In this document: positions 1 to 10,300 of the stretch, in pieces | Numbering within the stretch: the first letter of the stretch is position 1 | Layout: each line of letters opens with the position of its first letter | Assembly (NCBI GenBank): GCA_047601445.1 | Contig: JASGJH010000001.1 | Coordinates: 736,001 to 800,000, forward strand | Reading direction: 5' to 3' | Length of the DNA stretch: 64,000 bases | Origin: Myxococcales bacterium | GTDB taxonomy: Bacteria > Myxococcota_A > Polyangia > Polyangiales > DASUME01 | The notes under the pieces: generated by a model | The model's database searches: none | What the model was told of the DNA's origin: nothing | The model's input: the letters and a program-made list of their open reading frames with translations, nothing else | Made by a program: the position numbers and the translations under genes

Positions 1-180
1 AACAGCAGCGCGAAGAAGCGCTTCAAGGTGACGGGCAGCGGCCGCGTGCGTCGCGGTTCGGCAGGCCTTAGCCACATGATGATCGGCAAGTCTGCCAATC
101 GCCGTCGCAAGCTCCGCAAGCATGAGATGGTGGACGACGCCGACCAGAAGCGCATCAAGCGCCTCTTGCCCTACGGTTGA
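1..180 (+). CDS. rpmI: 50S ribosomal protein L35 (5' end outside window)
   Basis: Frame 1 translates NSSAKKRFKVTGSGRVRRGSAGLSHMMIGKSANRRRKLRK...KRLLPYG*; directly upstream of L20. Confidence 0.95.
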   Translation, partial: NSSAKKRFKVTGSGRVRRGSAGLSHMMIGKSANRRRKLRKHEMVDDADQKRIKRLLPYG

Positions 181-254
181 TTCAAACTCACGAACCCCAT
201 GTTCTGCCGTCTGTCTTCGCAGGACAGCGGCCCTGGTAAAAGGAACTAGATCTC

Positions 255-602
255 ATGCCGCGCGCAAAACGCGGGTTCAAAGCCCGCCGCCGTCGTAACC
301 GAGTCTTGAAGCACGCCAAGGGCTTCTATGGCGCCCGCCGCACCCAGTTCGGCGATGCCGTCGAGCAGGTGCGCCACGCCTGGTCCGCCTCCTACCGCAG
401 CCGCCGCCAGCGTCGTCGCGACTACCGCGCGCTCTGGATCGCCCGTATCAACGCGGGTGCGCGTCTCGTGGGCGTCAGCTACTCCAAGCTGATGGGCAAG
501 CTCAAGAGCTCCAAGATCGAGCTCGACCGCAAGGTCCTCGCCGACATCGCGCTGCAGGATCCCGCGGGCTTTAAGGCGGTTGTTCAGGCCAGCCAGGGCT
601 AA
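255..602 (+). CDS. rplT: 50S ribosomal protein L20
   Basis: MPRAKRG...AKGFYGAR...LWIARINAGAR...SYSKLM...LDRKVLADIA signature. Confidence 0.97.
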   Translation: MPRAKRGFKARRRRNRVLKHAKGFYGARRTQFGDAVEQVRHAWSASYRSRRQRRRDYRALWIARINAGARLVGVSYSKLMGKLKSSKIELDRKVLADIALQDPAGFKAVVQASQG

Positions 603-664
603 AGACACCGCTTCCTACTGTGCTCGCGGGCGGGCCGCCCGCTTCGACACACGCTTACTCCATG

Positions 665-707
665 CCCCGGCTGACCGTGCAAACGGTCTCGCTGGGGTTT
701 TTGTTTT
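665..707 (+). terminator. Intrinsic terminator-like hairpin between rplT and pheS
   Basis: CCCCGGC-T-GACCGT-GCAA-ACGGTC-TC-GCTGGGG followed by TTTTTGTTTT. Confidence 0.7.
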
Positions 708-730
708 GCCGAACAGAACCGGGAACGGCC

Positions 731-1756
731 ATGAGTCAGCCAGACATCGTCCAAGAGTTCGAAGCAGGCTTCGCTCGCATGCGCGAGGCGTACAAGGGGG
801 CCTTCGAGGGCGCCAAGAGTGAGCATGAGTTGCGCGAGCAGAACGCGCGCTTCTTGGGCCCGGCGGGCGAGCTCACCCAGCTGATGAAGCGCATGCGCGA
901 CGTGCCCGGGGACAAGAAGAAGGAACTCGGGCAACGCTCCAACACGCTCAAGGCGGAGATCGAGCAGGCCTTTGCCGAACGCCTGGCGAACCTGGCGCGC
1001 GCGGTGCGCGAGGCGGAGTTGTCGGGGCCGATGCTCGATGTGAGCCTGCCGGGACGCACCGCGCGGGTGGGGCGCCTGCATCCGATCACCCAGGTGACTT
1101 ATCGTCTGCTCGACGTGTTCACGTCCATGGGCTTCGACGTGGCCGACGGCCCCGAGATCGATTTGCACGAGCACAACTTCGACAAGCTCGGCTTCCCCAA
1201 GGACCACCCTGCGACGGACATGCAGGACAGCTTCTACATCTCGCGGGACGGCACCGTGAGTCAGAAGTCCCTGCTGCGCACGCACACGTCCACCATCCAG
1301 ATTCGCGAGATGCTGACGCGCAAGCCGCCGCTCGCCGTGGTGGCCCCTGGCGCGGTCTTCCGGCGCGACGACGACGCCACTCATTCGCCGATGTTCTTCC
1401 AGATCGAGGGCTTCATCGTCGACGAGGGCATCACCTTCGCGCACCTGAAGGGCGTCCTCACGCGCTTCTTGCAGGCCTTGTTCGGCGCCGACGCGCCGGT
1501 GCGCTTTCGCCCCAGCTACTTCCCCTTCGTGGAGCCTGGCGGCGAGGTCGACGTGGGCCGCAACGGCAAGTGGCTGGAGGTCCTAGGCTGCGGGATGATC
1601 CACCCCGTGGTGCTCGAGAACGTGGGCTACGACCCCGAGCGCGTGAGCGGCTTCGCCTTCGGCATGGGCGTCGATCGCATGGCGATGCTCCTCTACGGGA
1701 TCGACAACATCAAACAGCTTTACGAGAACGACGTAAGGCTCCTGTCTCAGTTCTAA
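731..1756 (+). CDS. pheS: Phenylalanine--tRNA ligase alpha subunit
   Basis: GRLHPI, HPATDMQDSFY, LLRTHTS, THSPMFFQIEG, RFRPSYFPFVEP, GFAFGMGVDR motifs; ATG 731 chosen as start. Confidence 0.97.
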   Translation: MSQPDIVQEFEAGFARMREAYKGAFEGAKSEHELREQNARFLGPAGELTQLMKRMRDVPGDKKKELGQRSNTLKAEIEQAFAERLANLARAVREAELSGPMLDVSLPGRTARVGRLHPITQVTYRLLDVFTSMGFDVADGPEIDLHEHNFDKLGFPKDHPATDMQDSFYISRDGTVSQKSLLRTHTSTIQIREMLTRKPPLAVVAPGAVFRRDDDATHSPMFFQIEGFIVDEGITFAHLKGVLTRFLQALFGADAPVRFRPSYFPFVEPGGEVDVGRNGKWLEVLGCGMIHPVVLENVGYDPERVSGFAFGMGVDRMAMLLYGIDNIKQLYENDVRLLSQF

Positions 1757-1768
1757 GCGGGTGCGCTC

Positions 1769-4237
1769 ATGTTGGCTTCCACCAAATGGTTGAATGAACT
1801 CACGGGACTCGGGGCGAGCGTCGAGCAGCTCTCGGCGCGCTTCACCGAGCTCGGGCTCGAGGTCGAGGGCATCAAGGCCTACGGTCAGCTACCCGGCGTC
1901 GTGGTGGCCGAGGTGCGCGGTAAGCGCGCCCATCCGCAGCGCGAGAACCTCTCGTTGGTCACGCTGTTCGACGGCAGCCAGGAGATCGAGGTCGTCTGCG
2001 GCGCGCCCAACGTCCCGGTGGCTGGCAAGCGCGTGTTGTTTGCGCAGCTGGGCGCCAAGCTGCCGAACGGCATGGAGATCAGCGAGCGCAAGCTGGCCGG
2101 CGTGGTGTCACGCGGGATGATCTGTTCCGAGGTGGAGCTCGACATCGGGGCTGACGGAGACGGCATTCTGGTGCTCGCGGACGATGCGGTCGCCAAGCCC
2201 GGCACCAGTGCGAGTCAGGCTCTCGACCTCGAGGACCATGTGCTCGAGATCGGTCTCACGCCCAATCGCCCGGATTGTCTCGGGCACGTGGGCCTGGCCC
2301 GCGAGCTGTGCGCCGCGCTGCCCGGGGGCACCCTGAAGTTGCCCAGGGGGGCCGAGCCGAGCCGCACCCTGCGCTCCGAGATCCCTGCGGGCACCAAGCC
2401 CGTCGAGCTGTTCGCGGGCCAAATGTCGGACGCGATGGCGACTCCGGTCGCGCTCACGGTCGCCGATCCCGAGCGCTGTCCCCGCTACGCCGCTTGCGTG
2501 GTGCAGGGAGTCAAGGTGGGGCCTTCGCCGTTCTGGCTGCGCTACCGCCTGCACGTGATGGGGCTGCGCTCCATCAACAACGCCGTCGACATCACCAATC
2601 TCGTGCTGCTCGAGTACGGCTATCCGACCCACGCCTTCGATCTGGGGCTCGTGCGCGGCGGACGCATCGAGGTGCGCACGGGGAGGGCAGGCGAGTCGCT
2701 GCGATCCCTCGATGGCGTGGAGCGCCAAGTCGGCTCGGACGATCTCGTGATTTGCGACGCCGAGGGGCCGCTGGCCGTAGCAGGCGTGATGGGTGGTGCC
2801 GATAGCGGTATTCGCGAGACGACCCAGAACGTGCTGGTCGAGTGCGCCTACTTCGATCCCCGTGGCGTGCGACGCACGTCGCGGCGGCTGGGGCTGCACA
2901 CGGACTCGTCGCACCGTTTCGAGCGCGGTGTGGATCCGCAGGCGGTTCCGCGTGTCCTGGCTCGGGTCGCGGCGCTCCTCTCGGAGCTATGCGGCGGGGT
3001 ACCGGCCGCTTCGGGCTTCGAGGTGTATCCCAAGTCGATCGCGCAGCCCGAGATCACGCTGCGCAGCGCGCGTACCGAGGCGTTGCTGGGCGTGAAGCTT
3101 CCGGCGGGCAAGGCGCAGGCCGTGCTCTCGGCTTTGGGGTGCCAGGTGAGCGAAGGGGCCGCCGGCCAGTTCAAGGTGGTGGCGCCTTCGCATCGCCCAG
3201 ACCTCACGCGCGAGGAAGACCTCATCGAGGAGATCGCGCGCGTTTGGGGCTACGACAAGATCCCCACCGAGGTCCCGAGCATCAAGGCTTCCCACGACGG
3301 CACGCAGCCGCTCACGCGCTTCGTGCGTGCGCTGAAGGAGCGCGCAGCCGCCGTGGGACTGACCGAAGCGGTGAACTACGCCTTCGTTGCACCCAAGCAG
3401 CTCGAGCGCGCGCGTGTGTCCACGAATGCCGTGCGCGTGGCCAATCCACTCTCCGAGGAGCGCTCTGTGATGCGCACGAGCCTCCTGCCTGGTCTGGCTG
3501 CCAACCTGCTGCGCGCACAGCGCCACCAGGTTGCGAGCACCACCATCTTCGAACTCGCACGCACCTTCGAACCCAGCCAGGGCGACCTACCTCAGGAACG
3601 CCACATGTTCGGCGTGATCTTGGCGGGCAGCCGGGCGGACTGGATCGGGGAAGAGGGAACGCTCGACTTCTTCGATGGCAAGGGTGTGCTCGAGAGCATC
3701 GTGCGCCCGTTGACGCGCCAGAGTGTCGACACGTTGCCCGACGCGGAGTTCGTTGCTGCTCAAGCGTTTCTGCATCCACGGCGCGCCGCGCGCCTCGTGG
3801 TGGGTTCGCGCTCGGTGGGGCTGCTGGGGGAGCTGCACCCGGATGTGGTGGAGTCCCTCGAGCTGAGCGGGCCCGTCGTGTATGCGGAGATCGTGGTGGC
3901 CGAGCTGCTCGCGGCGCGTGAAGCGGGTGCACCGCAGGTGCGTGGCTTGCCGCGCTTCCCGGCCTCCAGCCGAGACATCGCTATCGAGGTCGACGAGGCT
4001 GTCTCGGCTGGCAGCGTGGCCGAGCTCCTGCGTCGTGCCGGGGGCAAGCTGCTCGAACAGGTGCGCCTGTTCGACCTTTATCGAGGCGGTCAGCTGAAGG
4101 CGGGGAAGAAGAGCCTGGCGTTCCGGCTAACCTACCGAGACGCGGAAGCGACGCTGACCGATCAGCGTGTCGACGAGGCTCACGCCAAGGTGGTGGCCGA
4201 GGCAAGCAAGGGCTTTGGCGGGTCGCTGCGAACCTGA
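1769..4237 (+). CDS. pheT: Phenylalanine--tRNA ligase beta subunit
   Basis: VVCGAPNV, SRGMICS, TPNRPDCL, RFERGVD, DLIEEIARVWGY, C-terminal FDLYRG...KSLAFRLTYR. Confidence 0.97.
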   Translation: MLASTKWLNELTGLGASVEQLSARFTELGLEVEGIKAYGQLPGVVVAEVRGKRAHPQRENLSLVTLFDGSQEIEVVCGAPNVPVAGKRVLFAQLGAKLPNGMEISERKLAGVVSRGMICSEVELDIGADGDGILVLADDAVAKPGTSASQALDLEDHVLEIGLTPNRPDCLGHVGLARELCAALPGGTLKLPRGAEPSRTLRSEIPAGTKPVELFAGQMSDAMATPVALTVADPERCPRYAACVVQGVKVGPSPFWLRYRLHVMGLRSINNAVDITNLVLLEYGYPTHAFDLGLVRGGRIEVRTGRAGESLRSLDGVERQVGSDDLVICDAEGPLAVAGVMGGADSGIRETTQNVLVECAYFDPRGVRRTSRRLGLHTDSSHRFERGVDPQAVPRVLARVAALLSELCGGVPAASGFEVYPKSIAQPEITLRSARTEALLGVKLPAGKAQAVLSALGCQVSEGAAGQFKVVAPSHRPDLTREEDLIEEIARVWGYDKIPTEVPSIKASHDGTQPLTRFVRALKERAAAVGLTEAVNYAFVAPKQLERARVSTNAVRVANPLSEERSVMRTSLLPGLAANLLRAQRHQVASTTIFELARTFEPSQGDLPQERHMFGVILAGSRADWIGEEGTLDFFDGKGVLESIVRPLTRQSVDTLPDAEFVAAQAFLHPRRAARLVVGSRSVGLLGELHPDVVESLELSGPVVYAEIVVAELLAAREAGAPQVRGLPRFPASSRDIAIEVDEAVSAGSVAELLRRAGGKLLEQVRLFDLYRGGQLKAGKKSLAFRLTYRDAEATLTDQRVDEAHAKVVAEASKGFGGSLRT

Positions 4238-4525
4238 TCGCGTGAGGCGCCGGGCCTGAGTGCGCCAGACACGGGGCTTGGCATGGCCCATGTAGGATAT
4301 GTGCACGATCTGGTTGGGGATCTCGTCCTTGGCCCGAATCAGCACGTTTCTCGTTAGCCAGATCGCAAAAAGTGCAGGTCGGCGGACAGAAATCACCCTG
4401 GTGGAGGCGTAGAAAGGCCGGGTGCGTTTCATCTTTGCCAACGAAACCGGCTATTTGCGCTTGTGCCTCGCGATCGAACGTGGTCACAATAGAGGGTCGC
4501 TAGGGGACGCGTTCAGGAGGCCTTC

Positions 4526-4852
4526 ATGACCAAGGCTGAGATCATCGACGCCGTTTACGAGAAAGTCGGCGGATTCTCAAAGAAGGAGTCCGCCGAAATC
4601 GTGGAGGCGGTGTTCGACACCATGAAGGAAGTCCTGGCCGACGGGAAAAAGATCAAGATCTCCGGCTTTGGGAACTTCGTGGTGCGAGCCAAGAAGCAGC
4701 GCATCGGTCGCAACCCGCAGACGGGAGCACCGATTCCGATCAGCGCGCGTCGCGTGCTCACCTTCAAACCGAGCCAGGTTCTGAAGGGCGTGCTCAATCC
4801 GCACAAGGCGGAGGCTCAAGCACAGCTGCGCCAGGCGCAGACCGAAGGCTAA
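4526..4852 (+). CDS. ihfA: Integration host factor alpha subunit
   Basis: MTKAEIID...KIKISGFGNF...GRNPQTG...ARRVLTFKPSQ; canonical position after pheT; AGGAGG RBS. Confidence 0.93.
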   Translation: MTKAEIIDAVYEKVGGFSKKESAEIVEAVFDTMKEVLADGKKIKISGFGNFVVRAKKQRIGRNPQTGAPIPISARRVLTFKPSQVLKGVLNPHKAEAQAQLRQAQTEG

Positions 4853-4882
4853 AACTTCCTTCCGCAGCAGGGCAGTCTCTCC

Positions 4883-5491
4883 ATGCCGTCCGTGCCCCCT
4901 GACGATCAGCGCCAAGTCCCGCATGGCAGCGCCTCTGGTGACGACACCGAGACGCTGTTGCTCGATCTGCGTCCAGGCAAGACCGCGCTCCCAGACAAGC
5001 AGTTCTTCAAGATCGGCGAAGCAGCAGACATCGTCGGCGTGAAGACCCACGTGTTGCGCTACTGGGAGAGCGAGTTTCCGAGCTTGCGCCCCATGAAGAC
5101 GCGCGGCGCGCATCGCATGTACCGCCGGGCCGATGTGGAGCTCGCCTGCTTGATCAGGCGGCTTTTGCACCAGGAGGGCTACACGATCCCGGGCGCCAAA
5201 AAGCGTGTGCGCGAGCTCGTCGCTATGCGCGCGCAGGGCGGCGTTCCGAGTGACGGCGAAGCCAATCGGGCCACGGGGCCCAAGGCGAAGACGAGCGTGG
5301 ATCCACAGGCTGCGCGTGAGCTCGGCCTGCGAGCGGAGCTCATCCACGTGCGCAACGAGCTGTCGGCGCTGCTTTCGTCGCTCGATCGCCAGGTCGCTGC
5401 CAAGGACGCGGCGGCGGGCGAGGAGCCGGCACGGGCTACGGTTACTGCCGTGGTCGCCAAAACGGCGCTCATCACCCAGCGCACGCGCTGA
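4883..5491 (+). CDS. MerR-family HTH transcriptional regulator
   Basis: [30 protein letters not shown]...HRMYRRAD...[15 protein letters not shown]; usual gene between ihfA and tRNA-Pro. Confidence 0.9.
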   Translation: MPSVPPDDQRQVPHGSASGDDTETLLLDLRPGKTALPDKQFFKIGEAADIVGVKTHVLRYWESEFPSLRPMKTRGAHRMYRRADVELACLIRRLLHQEGYTIPGAKKRVRELVAMRAQGGVPSDGEANRATGPKAKTSVDPQAARELGLRAELIHVRNELSALLSSLDRQVAAKDAAAGEEPARATVTAVVAKTALITQRTR

Positions 5492-5567
5492 AAACGCCCG
5501 GAATTCGCCCAACTGGGAGGCGCGAGGCGTTCCCATCCGGAATCGTTTCAGAATGCGTTGTTCGGAG

Positions 5568-5595
5568 TTGCGGGCAGGGACGATTCGACTATCCT
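5568..5595 (+). promoter_or_regulatory. Putative sigma70 promoter of tRNA-Pro
   Basis: TTGCGG-N16-TATCCT followed by GC-rich CCGCAC, as in stable-RNA promoters. Confidence 0.4.
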
Positions 5596-5632
5596 CCGCA
5601 CCTCTTCGAGCCGAGAGGTTCGCGGAAACGTT

Positions 5633-5710
5633 CGGGGCGTAGCGCAGCCTGGTTAGCGCACCAGACTGGGGGTCTGGGGGTCGCTGGTTCGAATCCAGTC
5701 GCCCCGACCA
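5633..5710 (+). tRNA. tRNA-Pro (GGG)
   Basis: CGGGGCG acceptor stem, anticodon arm CCAGA-CTGGGGG-TCTGG, GGTTCGAATCC T-arm, encoded CCA. Confidence 0.96.
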
Positions 5711-5719
5711 GTACAAGAG

Positions 5720-5751
5720 AAGCCCGCAGGTCCCCCAGACCTGCGGGTTTT
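5720..5751 (+). terminator. Intrinsic terminator after tRNA-Pro
   Basis: AGCCCGCAGGTC-CCCCA-GACCTGCGGGTT-TT hairpin. Confidence 0.7.
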
Positions 5752-5805
5752 CCCAATTCGGACTCGCAGTGACCGCTGTTCGCAGCGGTGCCAGGAGAGA
5801 ACCCG

Positions 5806-6615
5806 ATGGTCGAGTCAGGTTCGTCGACGTCTGCAGTCGGCGCAGGGCCGGAGCAAGGCGCCCAGGGCAGACCGCTAATCCTGCTGTCGAACGACGACGG
5901 AGTGCACGCGGAGGGGCTGCACAAGCTGCGCCTGGCACTGCGCGAGATCGCCGACGTGTTCGTGGTGGCGCCGGCCTCCGAGCAGAGCGCCACGAGCCAC
6001 CGCATTACCCTGGCCGAGCCGCTGCGGCATCGGGACCTCGGACATGATGTGCACATGGTGGATGGCAGCCCCGCCGATTGCATCTACGTGGCGCTGAATC
6101 TGGGTGGACTGTTGCCGCGTCGTCCGAACCTCGTTGTGAGCGGCATCAACCACGGGTTCAACCTGGGCATGGACGTGATTTACTCGGGCACCGTGGCGGC
6201 GGCTCGCGAGGGGGCGCTGCGCGGCATTCCGGCGCTTGCGATCTCTGCCGATCCCCAGGCAGACATGTCTGTGGCCGCGACCCACAGCGTGCCGCTCGTG
6301 CAGCGCTTGCTCGAGGCGCCTCGGCCCGAGGGGGCCGCTCCGCTGCTTAACGTGAACTTCCCTGCCGGCTCTCCGCGCGGCGTACTCGCGACGCGCCTGG
6401 GCAAGCGCGACTACGAAGATCGCGTGGAGGTTCGCAGCGATCCGCGCGGGCGCCGCTATTACTGGGTCGGTGGCCCAGCGGTCGTTCACGACGGCAGCGA
6501 AGGCGCCGACACCACCGCGGTCGACCTGGGCTACGTGTCGGTCACGCCGCTGTCGCTCGAGATGACCCAAGCCGCCCACGCTCCCTTGGCGCTTTGGATT
6601 GCAGGGCAGCGCTAG
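5806..6615 (+). CDS. surE: 5'/3'-nucleotidase SurE
   Basis: ILLSNDDG, VVAPASEQSATSH, GSPADC, LVVSGINHGFNLG, YSGTVAAAREG. Confidence 0.95.
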   Translation: MVESGSSTSAVGAGPEQGAQGRPLILLSNDDGVHAEGLHKLRLALREIADVFVVAPASEQSATSHRITLAEPLRHRDLGHDVHMVDGSPADCIYVALNLGGLLPRRPNLVVSGINHGFNLGMDVIYSGTVAAAREGALRGIPALAISADPQADMSVAATHSVPLVQRLLEAPRPEGAAPLLNVNFPAGSPRGVLATRLGKRDYEDRVEVRSDPRGRRYYWVGGPAVVHDGSEGADTTAVDLGYVSVTPLSLEMTQAAHAPLALWIAGQR

Positions 6616-6672
6616 TCGGAGCAAGTCTTGCGGGAGCGCGCTCGCGGTGCGCGCGCAAGCGAGGCATGTGTC

Positions 6673-7203
6673 GTGACCGATCTCCGCCTGGAACGCCTGA
6701 AAATGCTGATCCGCGATGTCCCGGACTTCCCCAAGCCTGGCGTCGTGTTCAAGGACATCACCCCCGTGCTCGCCGCGCCGGCCGCTTTTCGAGACGTGAT
6801 CGAGCTGATGGCGGAGCCTTACTTGCAGTCGGACGTCGACGCGGTGCTGGGCATCGAATCGCGCGGCTTCATGTTTGGGGCGCCGCTGGCACTGCAGCTC
6901 GGGGCGGCCTTCGTCCCCGTGCGCAAGCCTGGCAAGTTGCCCCGCGCCGCCAATCGCGTGCAGTACGCGCTGGAATACGGCAGCGATGCTCTGGAGATCC
7001 ACCTCGACGCGCTGGAGCGAGGCGCCCGCGTCTTGATCGTGGATGACGTGATCGCGACGGGGGGCACAGCAGCCGCGGCGGCGCAGCTGGCCACCCTGGC
7101 GGGAGCCCACGTGCTCGGGGCTACTTTCTTGATGGAGCTCGCATTCTTGGAGGGCAGGGCCCGGCTGGGGGATGTCCCCATGAGCGCACTGCTGCGCTAC
7201 TGA
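6673..7203 (+). CDS. apt: Adenine phosphoribosyltransferase
   Basis: IRDVPDFPKPGVVFKDITP, GIESRGF, RKPGKLP, YALEYG, VLIVDDVIATGGT; GTG start assumed. Confidence 0.95.
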   Translation: MTDLRLERLKMLIRDVPDFPKPGVVFKDITPVLAAPAAFRDVIELMAEPYLQSDVDAVLGIESRGFMFGAPLALQLGAAFVPVRKPGKLPRAANRVQYALEYGSDALEIHLDALERGARVLIVDDVIATGGTAAAAAQLATLAGAHVLGATFLMELAFLEGRARLGDVPMSALLRY

Positions 7204-7289
7204 GTGCGTCCCTGGGATGTCCGTCGTGGGCGTTCCCAACGTGCGCGTCCTGGTCGTTCCGAGAAGCAGATGTTATAGGTGCCGCCGCC

Positions 7290-7366
7290 GCTCCCGTAGC
7301 TCAGCTGGATAGAGCAGTCGCTTCCTAAGCGAAAGGTCCCAGGTTCGAATCCCGGCGGGAGCGCCA
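7290..7366 (+). tRNA. tRNA-Arg (CCT)
   Basis: GCTCCCG-TAGCTCAGCTGGATAGAGC, anticodon loop TT-CCT-AA, GGTTCGAATCC, CGGGAGC-G-CCA. Confidence 0.95.
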
Positions 7367-7395
7367 ATCACGAGCAGTGTTCGAGCTGCTGCTCG

Positions 7396-10300
7396 TTACA
7401 ATTGCTCGAGCAGGCCCACCCTGGACTTCGCGAGACTCAACGCGCGCCGATTTTCGGGTACATCGTTGAGGAATCTGCGTCGCATGGCGGGGTCGCTGAT
7501 CTTGGCGGCGCGCTCGGACAGCCAGGCGTGGCTCGATGCTACGAGCTGGTCGGCAGCTTCGGTCTTGGCTGCGGCGAGCAAGCACTCGATGCGCGCATTG
7601 CAGATCGTCATTCGCAGATCCGGGTAGGCGTCACCTTCAAGGGCTGCGCTGCCTTTCGCTGACGCGAGGTCGGCTTCCGAGATGCGGCCGAGTGCGAGCA
7701 GCACTCGAGAGTGCACGCTCGAGGTGTAGGCGTCGGCGTCGGGCGCAGTCTCGGGCAGAACAACAGCAAGCGCGCGTTGGCACGAGCGATCGGCTTCCTC
7801 GAGCTTTCCTTGCGCTAGCTGCGCTTCGGCGAGATGAGCGAGGGAGAACGCGTGCTCTCGGTGCATGCTTGGCCAGATGGCAAGGCCATCGGCGGAGGCT
7901 CGTAGGTAGTCCATGGCTTCGGTCAAGCGTCCTGTGTGCAATGCACATAAGCCAAGATTCTGCTGGTACATGACCCGATGCACAGCGGTCGAGCTCGGGG
8001 CCTCCAGTGCCTGGGCCAGGACGTCTTCGGCCTCGAAATACGCTCCGACCAAGAGGAGCCAGTAGCCTAGGTCGACAAAGGCAAGACTGAGCTCGTATGC
8101 CGCTCCTGCATCCTGAAACAGCGTCAGGGCCCTCTGCCCGTGCGCTATCGCGCTGCCGAGGTCACCCGCAAATCCTGCTGCCATCATGCACGCGCTTAGG
8201 GCATATCCGCGCGCGCGCAGCGAGTTTTCCGGAACGTGCACGGATAGTGTTGCCGCCAACAGGCGCTTCGCTAGCTCCTTGTTGCCAAGGATGAACATCG
8301 TGCGGGTCAAGGCGCCAAAAGCGATGGCTGCTTCGTAGATTGCGTCTGCCGGATCGAGGACATTCAACATTTCCGCACAGACACTCTCCATGCCCGGCAA
8401 ATCTTCACGTGCGAGCATGGCCTCTGCCAATGCGAGGGACGCGCGCCACCAACCCTCTGCCCCTACGGGCAGCAGTTCGCGGGCTCTCACCGCCCATGAG
8501 TGGGCCTTGTCGTCCTTCAACTGCCAGGCGAACGCGTGCGCGACCATCGCGCTGACCTCACCGAGTGCTCGCCCGTCGAGGCCACATGCCACGGCTCGCT
8601 TGCCGAGCTCTTCCAGGTCGGCCCATAAGTTCGTTTCGAACGCGCGAGCGACGGCCCTGGCGTAGGCCTGTGCGGCCCGTTCACGGGCCCCACCTCGATT
8701 CGAAATGCTCCGCCAGTACGGCTGGTTCGGTTACGCCCAGGGACTCGAGCCAGTCGCCTCCCAAACGATGGGCCAGGCTGCGCTCGCTTTCGGTGAGGAG
8801 GGCATAGGCCGCGTCGCGCACCAGAGCGTGGCGAAAGCCGTATTCGTTGGCATCACCGTCTCCGCGCACGAACACCAGCTCGCGTTCCACCAGGACGGTC
8901 AGCCAGCCCCTGAGATCGAAGCGCTTCGCTTGCGGTCCGAGTAGTGCAGTCACGCCGTCCGCTCGGAACTCGGCACCAAACACACTGGCAATACGCAGCA
9001 CGAGCTTGGCGTCTTCGCCAAGGGCGTCGAGGCGCGCTTGAATCGCGGCCAAAATGCTGTCGGGCAAGGAGTCGCCTGACTGACCCGCGCCGCCACTGCG
9101 GATCAACTCTTCGAGGTAGAAGGGGTTCCCGTCCGCGCGCTCGATCAGTCCCTTGCGTTGTTCGAGGCCCAGCTCGGCCTCCGGAATGGCCGCCAGAAGC
9201 CGCTCGCAGGCGCGGGGATTGAGCTTGGGGAGACGGAGCGCCAGAACTTCGCGCTCGGTCCACAAGCGGGGGAATTTGTCGTGAATCTCGGGCCGAGCGA
9301 AGGCGACCAGCAGCAGCGGCTGTTCGGACTGCCGCAGGTTGGCTTCGAGAAATTGCAAGCTCGCCTGATCGGACCAGTGCAAGTCGTCCATCATGATCAC
9401 CACGGGACGCTTTTGGCACTCTGCGGAGAGAAAGTTGAGCCAGCTCGTAAGCATGCGCTTGGCCAGGAGCTGGGGGTCGCTGCGCGCCATCTCGAGATCG
9501 GAGCCCGCGGCACAGGGAAAGGACAAGCCGAGCATCTCTCCGAAGTACTCGCTGACTTGCTGGGCCCGTGCGGCGGGTAGCACGGACGCGACCCGTTCGT
9601 TCAGGCGGGTGCACTTGGTCGCCAGTGAGTCGCCGGCGACGATGCCCGCCAGGCTCGTTAGGGCGGGCGCGAGCGCGGAGAAGGGGGCGCCGCTTCGCAG
9701 CGCATCGCCTGCACCCGTGAGCAAGGTGAAGTCGGTTCCCGTCTTTCGCAGGCGCTGCATGAGCTCGAAGCGCAGTCGCGACTTGCCCGCGCCCGCGGGG
9801 GCGGTCACTAGCACGGCGCGCGTGACGTACTCGTCCACGCATTCCCGGAACAGCAGCTCGATTTGCCCTAGCTCTCGGTCGCGGCCCACGAAAGGAGTCA
9901 GTCGGCCGAGCAGGGTGCGCGGTGCCTCACCGCCGAAGCGAATGCGCTCGAGGAAATGGCGATTTCCGACGGACCGCAGCTCGAAGCGCGCCTCGAGCAA
10001 GGATACGCTGGCTTCATCGAGCCGGATCACGCCCTGGCCGGTTTCAACGAGCAGCCGGGCACCGTTCTCGAGCAGGCTCCCCATGGGCAGTCTACCCTCG
10101 ATCACGGCCCGCGCGGTCGTCACGACCAGAGGAGAGTCCGGCAAGAGCTCACGCAGGGCCAACGCGCAGTGCGCTGCCGCGATCGTCTGCTCGTGCAGCG
10201 CCTGGTAACGGTCGAGCAACAGCACGATGCTGCCATCAACGAGCCGCTCGTAGCGTGCGCCGTGGCGGTCGAGGAGGACGTCGAGAATTTGCGCGAGACG

